This document shows, one piece after another, positions 13,186-24,703 of a DNA stretch of 64,000 bases; positions within the stretch are counted from its first letter, which is position 1, and each line of letters opens with the position of its first letter. The notes below the pieces were generated by a model that had not been told where the DNA came from, made no database searches, and saw nothing but the letters and a program-made list of their open reading frames with translations. The DNA lies in the NCBI GenBank assembly GCA_964187785.1, contig OZ076412.1, positions 72,478,001 to 72,542,000 of the forward strand. Reading direction: 5' to 3'. The position numbers and the translations under genes are program-made. The stretch comes from Amphiscolops sp. MND2022 (Eukaryota).

Positions 13186-15993
13186 AGGCGCAACCGCCAT
13201 TGCGCGACAGCTCCGAGCAGACGATCTCTTCGAGGCTTCAAATTATTCAGCAAGGAAAATTAGATCCCAGCTCGTGTCCAGGGATCATATGATCTTTCAT
13301 TGTATTATGCCCAAGCATATACAAATAGGAATGTCAGAATACGTGTAGTTTTTTTGCAAAAACACCCAAAAAAATTCCAACTTTAATCGCTATTTTTCAA
13401 CGCCCAGTAATAAAACTTTCAGCCACTGAAATGAGGGGTCCTGATACGTCAGCTGACACGTATGTTTGACCGGTTTGATGTGGTTTGTCAATCGAAAATA
13501 GGCACAATCGGCAAAAACTTTTAAATTTATCAGATTTTTCACGTTTCCGAAGCTTAAAAAAATCGCGCCAGCTTAAAAATCTTGGAAAAACTCCGAGAGG
13601 GCCCAGGGGAAATGGGTTCTACGGAAGTGTGCCCAAGCACACCCCATTGCATGGGGTACGTCAAAATACACTTTTTTCCGCGAAATTTATTTTCGCAAAA
13701 AAACGCTGAAAATTTCCGATTTTTCGCCATTTTCTCAACGACCAATGATCGTAGGATAATGAAACTTTCATGAGCTTAGAGAAGACATCCTCTTGCGTCG
13801 GTCGGTACTAATTATGAGCCGGTTCGATGTTCAAGTAGTAAAATTGAGCAAAATCTACATTTAGAATTTTTTTCGCAAAAAAACTCCGAATTTTAATCGC
13901 CATTTTCTCAACGCCCAACAATTGTAAGATAATGAAACTTTCACGACCTTAAGGAAGACTTCATCTTGCGTCAATTGGTACCTATTTTGAGACGGTTCGA
14001 TATGGTTCAAGTGGTAAAATTACGCAAAATCGAAAAAAAAAACAAAATGTTCGCAAAAATCGTGTTTTCGAAGCTAATAAAATCGCCCCGGCGGAAAATT
14101 TTCGGAACTATCTGACATGGACAGAAAGAGCATTCAGTTGCGGTTCTGTTTTTAAAATTTTGAATTGTCTCGAAGAAATTGGCTCGGAGAAAAATAGCCG
14201 AAACTTTTACTAATGCAGAGGGATGTCACGTTTTGGCGAAAAAACACCAAACGCTAACAAGGCATCTCGCTTCGCATTCTTAAAAATGAGGATATAACGT
14301 TTATATCGATGAAAATTGTGCAATATCCGAATTATCGACATTATTACCGAACTTAATTAGGTTTACCCAGGAAGAAGGCCAGAGAAACATTCGTTTAAAC
14401 GGCGCCATATCAAATGACTTTTCGGAGCTTTTTGTCGTTTTTAAGGCGACGAGCGAAGCGAGATGCCTTATTGTTTGCGTCGGTTTTTTTCGTCAAAACG
14501 TTTCAAAAACAGAACAGCAACTGAATGCCCTTTCTGGCCATGTAAGAAGGTTCCGAAAACTTTCCGCCTGGGCGATTTTATTAGCTTCGAAAACGAAATT
14601 TTTGCGAAAATTTTTTTTAGGTTTTTGCGATTTTGCGTAATTTTACCACTTGAACCATATCGAACCGCTTCAAAATAGGTAGCAACTGGCGCAAGAGGAT
14701 GTCTACTTTAAGGTTGTGAAAGTTTCATTATCCTACGATCATTGGTCGTTGAAAAAATGGCGAATAGAAATCGGAAAATTTTTGGGTTTGTTCCGAAAAA
14801 AATCGTTTTGCGAAAAAAGTTTATTTTGACGTACTCCATGCAATTTGGGGTGCTTGGGTGCACCTCCGTAGAACCCATTTCCCCTGGGCCCTCTCGGAGA
14901 TTTTCCAAGATTTTTAGGCTGGCGCGATTTTTTCAAGCTTCGGAAACGTGAAAATTCTGATAAATTTAAAAGTTTTTGCCGATTGTGCCTATTTTCGGTT
15001 GATAAACCACATCAAACCGGCCAAGCATAGGCGTCAGCTGACGTATCAGGACCCCTGATTTCAGTGGCTGAAGGTTTTATTACTGGGCGTTGAAAAATGG
15101 CGATTAAAATTGGAATTTTTTGGGTGTTTTTGCGAAAAAACATTTACGCGTATTTTGACATTCCTATTTGTAAATGTTTGGGCCATTTTCCGACAAACCA
15201 TTGCTCCGAAGCTATCCGAATTATCCGAAAAAAACTACTACCATTGATTACTTTTCTGACAATGTAAAATTTCCACGGAAATTTTCTATCGGCGCGATTT
15301 CATTAGCTTCGGATGAACTTTCCGATTACTTTACGGTTTTCGTTGATTTTGCTAATTTCACTAATTGAACCACATCAAACCGGCCCAATATAAGGAACAA
15401 CGGACACTCGCGGATGTTATATTCAATTTGGTGAAAGTTTAATTCTAAGATTATTCCTCATTGCGAAAATGGTTGTTGCAAATCGGAAATTTTTAGGGTT
15501 TTTTAAAAATTCCTGAGCATGTTCTCGCTTGTCACTTCTGATGTATCAGCGGTATTTCCGCCTGATATCACACCTGAGTAGGTGTCCAAATTTGAAAATT
15601 AAAAAGTCTCGACATTTTGATGAGAAAGGTAAAGACCAAGAACTTCTTCAAAAATTCTCAATTTTTTTGATCAATTGTAAATTTGTTGTTTTTCCGTACT
15701 TCCAAATGGTAATCGTGTCAAAAGCACCTATTCTTATTTGGACTTGACAGTTCACTTGTGTAGCTGCAAAATTTCGGTTTTTATTGAACGCTTTAGCTAG
15801 CGTCTACTGCCGCAGAGATTACTGTAAATCACATCGTCCTGTACAAGTGACCTAGCCAACGTTCTTTGACATAATACAATGAAAGATCATATGATCCCTG
15901 GACACGAGCTGGAATCTAATTTTCCTTGCTGAATAATTTGAAGCCTCGAAGATATCGTCTGCTTGGAGCCGTTGCGCAATGGCAGTTGCGCCT
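13186..15993. mobile_element. Foldback-like element with ~1.1-kb inverted arms (in C1QBP intron 1)
   Basis: 13186-13325 is inverted at 15865-15993; 13325-14275 is inverted at 14453-15185; spacer 14276-14452; internal subrepeats in the arms. Confidence 0.75.
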
Positions 15994-18053
15994 ATGTTTT
16001 GTTCTATTTTCTTTCAATCCGGCCGAAAAGATCGAAAAACTTCTAAAGCTTACTATGTAATTTCAAACAACCAAAACGTTTCAAACCAAACACGCAGAAG
16101 TGTCTTCCTTCCGAGAGTCGCACATTTTTACATTATGTAAGGAACTATATGAGACCAAATGATTCTCCATGGGAGTTTCTTGACTGTGCGACTTTTTTTT
16201 CTAATTCACGAAAGGATCTGGATTTTTTCGAAAAGGGATTAGCCATTTGTGTTTTCTTCGGAATCGTTCACGCTGTTTTCATGTCTTCAGAATGAAAAGG
16301 CCGTTCCACAGACTGAGTATGAGTTTCACAGACGTAAATCAAAGGCCAGCTGATTTAGCATGACGGGTATAATAGATAGAAAACCATGGGCTCGATTCTG
16401 ACCAATTTCGATTTTTTTTACGATATGGCGTCGGGTTCAGAGCGCGAGGTTTGTAGGCAGAGAACAGAGACAAAACGGGTTTTTTGAAAACTTTTAATGA
16501 ATTGAACTATACTACTAAAAAAATTTTCATATTCCATTTGTTCATTTGTCGTGGAATTTTAAGAGGAGTACGATTTCTCTCGAAGGCATCTTGTAACAGC
16601 ATTTCCGGCATTATATCTTCCAACTCGTCAAAGTTCTCAAAACAATCTTATTTTTGAATTTTCCAAAAGTGCACAGCTCGTAAATTTTACTGAAATCATC
16701 CAATTCTTGGACTAAAAGCTTAGTTACTCGAATGAAAAAGAATAAATGTTTTTCGAAAAAAACAATGGTGAGCGATAATTAATTTTTGCTTTCACTGCTT
16801 TAAATGCAGTCAAAGCTCTCAGGAGAACGACCACTCAGTTATCATTATTATTACTATTGAACGTTTCTCCAATCACCAGATTAGTATAAATTGAACGATA
16901 GCAGCTAGAGAGTATCTCAAGTATTTCAAGCTTCAGAGCTTTTGTATGTTATTTTTAGCATGACAAAACTGATTTACTAAAAAAAATTATATGGAATTTG
17001 TGGACAAAATTTCAATTTTAAAATGGCTAGATTGAGGTTTTTGATTTCCTGTTTAGCGTTACCTTACTCCAGTCCACTTCCGCGGTTGAAGGGAGACCGT
17101 AGACCAATTCAAAAATCATAAAAGTACAAAAACAGAAAACTCCTGAAAAACTCGTATTTCAGACCCCTGTTGTAAAAATCTTAATGTAAAAAAAACTCGG
17201 ATAAAAACTCATTGGGCGGTGAGTAAAGAGTTTCTTTTATTCATAGTTTCTTCTATCCTATTAACGTAGCAAGTTTGTCTTGCATAAAATCGGAGGAGAG
17301 AAAACGCTTCGTATATCCGTGTTTCTTTTCTCCGAGTTCGACTGTAATACGATAGCTTAGCCTCGAACTGAAGATTGACTTTGCGACTGATCAAAAAGTT
17401 TGCTGCTCTAAAAAGCAAATGAAAATGATTCGAATCACGACACTTGCAAAGGTTTTCAGTTTCTTAGGTGACAGTTATTGACATGTATAAGGAGGCTCTG
17501 CAGGTTGACACCCTAATGGTGCCAGGACATTTTATCCTATATACTTTCAACCTTCAGCAATTTCGACCTGAATTAACTTTGGCTATTCATTCCTAATTCG
17601 TTATATAATTACATTAGGTGGTTTTCATACATTTCTGAATTCAAATGTGCTAATTTTTATGCCAATTTTGATACCTTTGGACGTCATCAATAATTACCAT
17701 TAATTAACGCTGTTTGATTTATTACTATCTTGTGTAACCAAAAATTAGTTTAGGTCGAGGTTCACTGCAACATGGGCTCCTCGACGGTTTTTTCCAATTT
17801 GAATTCAGTAGTTACGGTCCTTTTTAGTCCATCAGGGCAAATTACGACAGTAAGTCGACAGACCTGTTTCAATGAAAGACATGGGTAATTTAAATCACGA
17901 CGTCAAAAATGAGCCATCAAGTCAGACTTTTTCCAGAACTACCGTTATCGCACCGAAAAATGTTGAGTTTCAACTTTAGTTCTTTTTCCAACAAATTTAA
18001 ACTTCCACATATGACTAGAATGGGCGCTTCGAAGCAATCGATTGAAGACTAAC

Positions 18054-18467
18054 TTTTGTGGTTGGTTTTTTCATCATCGTCACATGTGCGCCCATTTTCT
18101 GAATAGACCAATTTCCTGGAAATGATATTTCGCTGTCTTGGTGGCCCTCTTGCGAGCTAATAAACTTCAACTCTTCCAGTGCCGCTTCGGACAGAGATTT
18201 GGCAGAGTCCCCTCCCGACGACATGTTACTATTAAACTGATTTCTGTTCATGCCGCCGTCAAATTTATTTCGAGATAGAAACATTACGGAGTTCCTCAAA
18301 GTACTGCGCTGATAAACTAAGGGGGATACACTGTATGAATACTGTCGGTTCAGATTCACATTCAGCTTCTGAGCGACAGAATTCACTATTCGAACGCCTG
18401 GTACGTTAGATTGTATTCTAGTGGAAGCTACCAGCACAGACGCAAGTTTAGGCAAGCACCGATCCAT
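18054..18467 (-). CDS. C1QBP: C1QBP/MAM33 family, exon 1 (mitochondrial presequence plus start of the mature domain)
   Basis: ATG at 18467; R/S/L-rich, acid-poor N-terminus; LSEAALEELKF..FPGNWSIQKMGAHVTMMKK; donor GTTAGT at 18053. The spliced ORF is 292 aa. Confidence 0.8.
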
Positions 18468-18852
18468 TTCCCAACACCTGAAAGACACGACACGCTTCTT
18501 ATCTACATTCGATACATTCTTTAATATTATGGATACTTATAGGCCCGGTGACTAAATTTTTAGTTGCTGTTTAATGGCTTAGATGTCTTACAGATAGATG
18601 ATCGACTTCTTCGACTTTAACCCACTTTGAACTTACAAACTGCAAATGATAAACTGGACATTACTTCGTATAACGTACGCTCCATAATTCAAGAGTCTCC
18701 TCTGACATTCTACAAAAAAAAACACTGTAGCCTTGAACAAGATTAGTTACAATCAGGACCGAAAACTTGGAGCATACTGCATTGAAGTTCAGTTTTTGTT
18801 TTCAAATACGTTGAGATCCTAATATCAACGTTGTTACCATTGAAACACTAGA
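18468..18852. promoter_or_regulatory. Probable bidirectional promoter / 5'UTR region
   Basis: 385 bp between two divergent ATGs; inferred from the gene arrangement only. Confidence 0.45.
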
Positions 18853-19455
18853 ATGACGTGCAAAGCCACACTAGCATCTGACGTGCTTGAAGCAATAGAA
18901 AGCGGGAATTGGCGGACAGTACTTGCAGCCTTGGAAATTTCACATGATGAAGGAACGAGTGATTTACATTGGGTAAAACCGGATTACGCCACTCTGCGTA
19001 TCACCTGCGAAAAATTTCATCAGTTGGGTATATCTAGCATTATGAGCATCGGAAGCGGTTCGGGGGTTTTCGAATGGTTGCTATCTCGAATTGATCCCAA
19101 TATTCAGGTTAGGGGAGTTGAGATAGACGAACCTTGGTGGAATTCCAATTACTCGTTCGGTCCAGTAATACCCACTACCTTCACACCACTATACGATACC
19201 CCTGCCTCAAAAACTGACTGGACAAACATGACACTCTTATTTTGTTACTTCAACGATTCTGACGAATTCTCGAAGTACGTTGATTGGTTCAAAGGAAAAT
19301 GGATTGTCATCATTGGTCCAACAAAAGCTTCGGGTAGACATTGCAGCCCTATGCCATCTGATGGAATGAGATTTTCAGAACAATTAAATTTAAATTCATT
19401 GATTAAATTTGAAAGCAACTTGGACGAAATAGCCTTTTATTCATGTAAAAATTGA
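18853..19455 (+). CDS. Uncharacterised class I SAM-dependent methyltransferase-like protein (200 aa, single exon)
   Basis: Glycine-rich motif I (IMSIGSGSGVFEWLL), acidic post-beta2 motif (RGVEID), LLFCYF and WIVIIGP strands; intact ORF. Confidence 0.7.
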   Translation: MTCKATLASDVLEAIESGNWRTVLAALEISHDEGTSDLHWVKPDYATLRITCEKFHQLGISSIMSIGSGSGVFEWLLSRIDPNIQVRGVEIDEPWWNSNYSFGPVIPTTFTPLYDTPASKTDWTNMTLLFCYFNDSDEFSKYVDWFKGKWIVIIGPTKASGRHCSPMPSDGMRFSEQLNLNSLIKFESNLDEIAFYSCKN

Positions 19456-19919
19456 TAACATTAAACATCAAATAGTAGAAAACTAATTACAAACACGGTT
19501 TCGATGAATTCATTATTTACAAGAGCGTCAAATTGACATAAGAGTCTAGAAAACACTGTTTCTCCGAGAATGAAAGACTTGAGCGATAAGATTTCATATT
19601 TGAACCACTCTAGACACATTATAATAGCATTTTTTGCGAAACACATTGCTGAACCGATCTATTGGTTTCTAGACTCCGATATATTGAAATCGATATGTGG
19701 GAACGATAGAAAGAAGGGACATTTTGATATGGATTCAATTTTTAAGAAATGATCAAACTGGACTTAGCAACGAAGGTACACAAAAAGTACAACACGGATT
19801 CTATTGATTTTTAAAAAGTAGCAAAAGTGATATTCTATCCGGACAATGACTTCAGCAATCACAAATGTTGTCTCCAAACAAATACAATATTCAATTATTG
19901 TACTGGGCACCATTGTTGA

Positions 19920-20789
19920 TTACAAATCTATCTCAGCAGCATCACCGTTGCTTCCGTGATCCAAAGGTTCATCACTTTTCTTGTATGGTCGAGGAATAGG
20001 CTTGAAACTTGCAATGGCGGAGCTCGGAGGCGCAGGTTCATATTCCGGTGCGACGTCGTCTTCATAATAATCAAACTCTTTGATCAGCAAAACAGATAAA
20101 ACGATGACCACAATTTGGCAAACAAAAATTGCGATAGAAAGTCCACCCACGACGCCCATGTATGACCATATGTATTCTTTCGTCACTGTCAGGCAACCTT
20201 TGGGATAGAACAAACTCGTGTCATTTCGCTGCATACATTTGGGTTTGACACCTTCTTCAGACATGAACGAAACGCAACACGACGGAGGAATCAGAACTGG
20301 ATAGAACTCCTGCTGAACATAAGCGCTGAAACTCCAATCTTCTGCTTTGTAGCTACCGCAACACTTCCAGCTAGTTTGAAAGTCATCCCACATCGCAGTT
20401 AGATAAGGATAAGCATCCTGGCCATATTTATCCATCAGAGAGAAGATCTGATCGTTGAATTTGTCCTCCCATCGTCGGCGCATTCCAAAAGGTGTAACCA
20501 TTGCGCTGATTTCGATGAAAAGACAGACCACAACCAAAGCCACGAATATTTTGAGAATTGGAGCACTTTCGGTATGAGTCCCCAAAAAGCCGATTGTTGC
20601 CACAACAATGATTACCACAGAAAGAGCACATACGAAAGCACATATGGCTGTAACAGTTTCAGTTTCCAAAACGGTCATGACGGTAGACGGGTTAGCCATT
20701 ATGTAGATGGTAACAGCAAACAGAACGAGGCCAATAATTATGGCACCCAAATGAATCATTGTAGCAAGGATCTTCACAATGTTCGCCAT
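19920..20789 (-). CDS. Tetraspanin (289 aa, intronless CDS)
   Basis: Four hydrophobic TM segments; large loop with CCG (WKCCG), PxSCC (IPPSCC) and KGC motifs; first ATG at 20789. Confidence 0.92.
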   Translation of the reverse strand: MANIVKILATMIHLGAIIIGLVLFAVTIYIMANPSTVMTVLETETVTAICAFVCALSVVIIVVATIGFLGTHTESAPILKIFVALVVVCLFIEISAMVTPFGMRRRWEDKFNDQIFSLMDKYGQDAYPYLTAMWDDFQTSWKCCGSYKAEDWSFSAYVQQEFYPVLIPPSCCVSFMSEEGVKPKCMQRNDTSLFYPKGCLTVTKEYIWSYMGVVGGLSIAIFVCQIVVIVLSVLLIKEFDYYEDDVAPEYEPAPPSSAIASFKPIPRPYKKSDEPLDHGSNGDAAEIDL

Positions 20790-20963
20790 TTTGTCTGAAA
20801 AGGACAATCATTTAATGATTCGTGGATAATATTCAAATTTCCCTCCATGTGTTATAAATTGCGTCTGTGAGGCATAAAATCATATTCTTATCCGAAGAAT
20901 CATTACCGAGCAATCATTCCGATGCAACTTCGCAAATTCGGTCAAAACATATTGGTAAAAAAA

Positions 20964-21348
20964 TAGAGATGTACCGGACAACAAGTCCGGTCAGGTATCC
21001 GGCCGGATTTCAGGAAAATGTCCTGTCTGGTATCCGGCCGGACTTTTTACCACGTCCGGCCGGATATTATCTTGAAATAATAATCTTAACGAATCGGAAT
21101 ATCTAACTTAGAAAAAGTGTATGTGCATCGAAAACTTGAATTTGTGAGTGAGTCAAAATGGCGGAGGGAAAATAGTTTTTCACAGCTCTGTGGTAAAAGC
21201 CTGGTTCGTTTTTCGTAATCCTCATTGCCCAATTCTGAAAACAGCCCTTCATCGCCTACAATTGAGGATGTCCGGCCGGAATCAGGCTTCAATCAGTCCT
21301 GTCCGGTTATCCGACCGGACGGAAATTTTCATGTCCGGTGCACGTCTA
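20964..21348. mobile_element. hAT-type MITE (385 bp)
   Basis: TIRs TAGAGATGTACCGGAC and GTCCGGTGCACGTCTA; flanking TTGGTAAA on both sides (20952-20959 plus 4 extra A, and 21349-21356); CCGG-rich subterminal repeats. Confidence 0.75.
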
Positions 21349-21859
21349 TTGGTAAAATGAAATTGTTTTGAAAACAAGAACTTACTTTTAACAGAACATG
21401 GCAACACGTGGTGGGAAGTACATGTGCAAAAACACCGAAAAAAAATCAATATTTCCGTCGTTTTTTTCTTCTATCAGCTATCATGGATCTTCGTCATCAA
21501 TCAAGTGCCACGTGTTGAAGCGGGGCACACACCCGTGGTCTGCAACAGATGGAAGCCCCATACTACCCACTGTCCAGTATGCCAGTAGTAACAAAAAACC
21601 AACAAATTACTCATAATTTTAAGCCAAGTGACCACAAAATTAAGCCAACTCCATTCCAACTCACGGAATGAATAGGTCAACTCACGGAAATATCAATGTG
21701 GGGCATATGCGATGTATGCAGGCTCGCCCTCACCGTCGCAAAGACCAGCTCCAACTACGATCGCTTCGCGATCTCCGTTCCCGCTAGGTCTTTGCTCCTG
21801 TTCGACCTCGCTTAGCAAGATGGGAATATAAGCGGCCCCAAGGGGCCGCGGGGCACTAT

Positions 21860-24200
21860 TTTTTAAGAATAGATGTTTCACAATCTAAGGCCGAAGCCTT
21901 TGGTGATTGGCTCATTGCTGTTTGGGTTCCCCTTCCATCGTCATTTCGTATTTCAAATTTCTCCAGGCGTTGTCCAATTTCGCTTTAAAAACGTCAAGGG
22001 TTCCTGCCGACGTGACATCATCTGGCAGGCTATTCGTCATTGGCTGCTCTTACGGAGAAAAAATTTCCTCTTGTTGATGTTCTCGATGACAGCACCACAA
22101 GTTTTCTTTGATTTCCTCTTTCTGTCATTTTCCATCAGCATCCCTCCAGTGACTCTCTTATCATACACTCCATTGAGTATCTTGTAAACTTCAATCATCC
22201 TACCCCGTTTCCTCCTGAAGTCCAGGGTGGGTACGTCTAGTTTCTTTAATATTTGTTCATAAGGGAGAGATGTGAGAGAAGGGATGAGTCTTGTCGCTCG
22301 TCTCTGGGCATTTTCGAGGTTACTTCTGTGTTTTTGGAAATGTGAATGCCATGCTTGGTTACAATATTCCAAGTGGGGTCTGACAAGCGTCTTAATTAGT
22401 ACACTCAGTGACTGGCAGTTCATTTTCATGAAACAATTTTTGATAATAGCAAGCATTGAGTTCGTCTTCTTTATTTTTTCAGCAAAATGCAAGTCAAAAT
22501 TTGGTTTGTGATCAGTTAGTACACCCAAGTCTTCTTCACATCTAACATTTTCCAACATCTTTGTTGTGTTCATAAAGTAATGTCTCTCAGTGGAGTCTTT
22601 CTTTGTTGTGAGGGTCAATTTCACGCATTTTTTCTCATTGAATTGAAGTAAACTGCTACTCGACGAGCTTCCCAGCTTCCGGAGGTCATATTGGAGTATT
22701 TTCTGATCTGCGTCTGAGTGTATTTCCCTGTAGAGCTTCGCGTCATCGGCAAACAGGTGAAGTTCTGACTCCACAGCTTCCGGCATAGAATTTATGTAGA
22801 TCGTGAACAACACTGGACCTAATACTGATCCTTGAGGTATCCCGCTTGTAACATTCTGCCAGGTTGAGAACGTGCCATTGACTACTACCCTCTGTTGTCA
22901 CCTCTGGAGGGGAACGCTTTTATCCAGTTCAGAGTTTTTCCAATAACCCCATTTTGTTCGAGAATAGCTATGAGTCTTCTGTGTGGGACGCTGTCAAACG
23001 CTTTCCGAAAATCGAGGTACACTACATCTACTTCAACCTTATTGTCCAATGCCAAGGTCCACTGATCAAATATTTTCAGAAGTTGGAGAAGCGTTGATCT
23101 TTTTGACAAGAAGCCACATTGTTTATCACTCAAGATGTCATTATCTGTAAGAAATGTCATTATTCTCTTTCTGATAATTCTTTCCATTAGTTTGCAGGGG
23201 ATTGAGGTCAGGCTCACTGGACGATAGTTGGTTGCCTCTGATTTATTCCCTGATTTGAAAATTGGCACTATGTTAGCCCGCAACCAGTCATTGGGTAGTA
23301 TTGCAGTATTCCAGGATTCCGTCATGATTTGAGATAGGAGCGGTGCTATTTCAGACCCTAACTCTTTCAGTATCCTTTGGGAGATGTTGTCCACTCCAGC
23401 AGATTTTGCTGTATTAAGGGCATTTATTTCTTCAAGCACCTCTTTTTCAGTGAAAGTTATGTTATCTTCCATACATTTGTGCGTGGTGTTTATTTGCCAG
23501 AGTCCGGGTCCTTCATTTACAAAAACGGATTTGAAAAACAACGAGAGTTCTTCTGCTTTCTCCAAATCCATTTGTGTGAAGCTTCCATCTTCTCGTCTGA
23601 TTGCTGGAATCGTCTCTCTTCGTTTTGTTTTTTGGCTAACATAACTCCAAAATTTTTTGGGATTGGACTTTAGGTTATTTGGTATTTCCTGTTCCATTTC
23701 TTGGGCTAGATTTCTGGTTTCTTTCCTCAACAAATTCCTGCTTGCTTTGTAATTTTTGTGATCGTCGGGGGATTTGCTATTAACAAAATTCTTCCGGAGT
23801 CGTTTTTTCTTTCTCACTAGCTCCAGGATGTCCCTGTTAGCGGTATATCGTCTATTTTTGTTCGACTTAATGCTCACTTCCGGGATGAAGTTTTTTACAG
23901 CTTCAGTGATTTTGCTTTTTAGGAAAATCCGTTTCTCATTGACATCTAGCTCATCCGGGAAGGTTGTTCCTCTCAAGAATAATCTCATCGCGTCGAAGTT
24001 TGCTTTTCTGAAGTTGAGACGATTCTTCACATAGGAGACTACCTCGAACGAGACTTTCACCTGTAGTAGTGCATGATCACTATCACCAAGTGGCGGTAAG
24101 TGTTCAATCTCTTCCACAGGTGTTGATGTGTCTGAGATGACTAAATCAACTAGTGATGGTTTATCTGGCCCTAGAGGAAAAGGGGACATATCCGAGGGGT
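21860..24200 (-). mobile_element. CR1-group LINE, 5'-truncated, frameshifted
   Basis: End of the APE domain (LVDLVISD..PPLGDSDH); RT motifs NYRPVSLTSIPCKLMERII, YLDFRKAFDSVPH, GIPQGSVLGP, FADD; CR1-type C-terminus in a shifted frame (LPDDVTSAGTLDVFKAKLD); frameshift near 22880. Confidence 0.9.
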
Positions 24201-24703
24201 GCTTGATATGACATGTTTTAATAATACGCTGACTACGTTATATTAATAAATTCGACAAAATCTGCAACGTATTTTCAACTAAGTGATTTTAAGCCAATAC
24301 CCGAGACACTTGGTTTAAAAAAATTAGGCAAAGTGACCAACGTCATTAAGCCAAATGACTTTAAGCCAAATGGCATTAGGCCAAGTGACCCTTTACCACC
24401 CCAGTCGACCGATAGAAACAAGTTTCAAAGTAATATAAAAGGGTACAATTTCTGTCAAGGTTTGCCATCCGCGTCGCAAGGCGGGAACGATCAAATGATG
24501 AGCCACGACCCCTAAGGTTCAAGTACCTGCCAAACACGGAAAACTATTTAATAAGTCAACTTCAGATTCAATGTTATAATACCTGGATCACTGGAACATC
24601 ACTGGGCACTGGACAAATGAACTGGATCCTTGCTCTCTGACAGTCGAGACCAGGAAACCATCAATCGGCAAACTGTTAGTTCGTTCCATGTATCATTTAC
24701 ACT

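Noticed and set aside
12998-16803. Kolobok-like TTAA element enclosing the foldback
   Set aside because: Only weak similarity between the two TTAAAG ends; no convincing TIR.
18468-18488. GTG-initiated N-terminal extension of C1QBP from the ORF track (similarly the TTG start at 20807 for the tetraspanin)
   Set aside because: Alternative starts are a prokaryotic ORF-caller convention; these bases look like splice-acceptor sequence upstream of the first ATG.
21873-24034. Plus-strand ORFs (21873, 22272, 23377, 23384, 23774)
   Set aside because: Antisense shadows of the CR1 reverse transcriptase.
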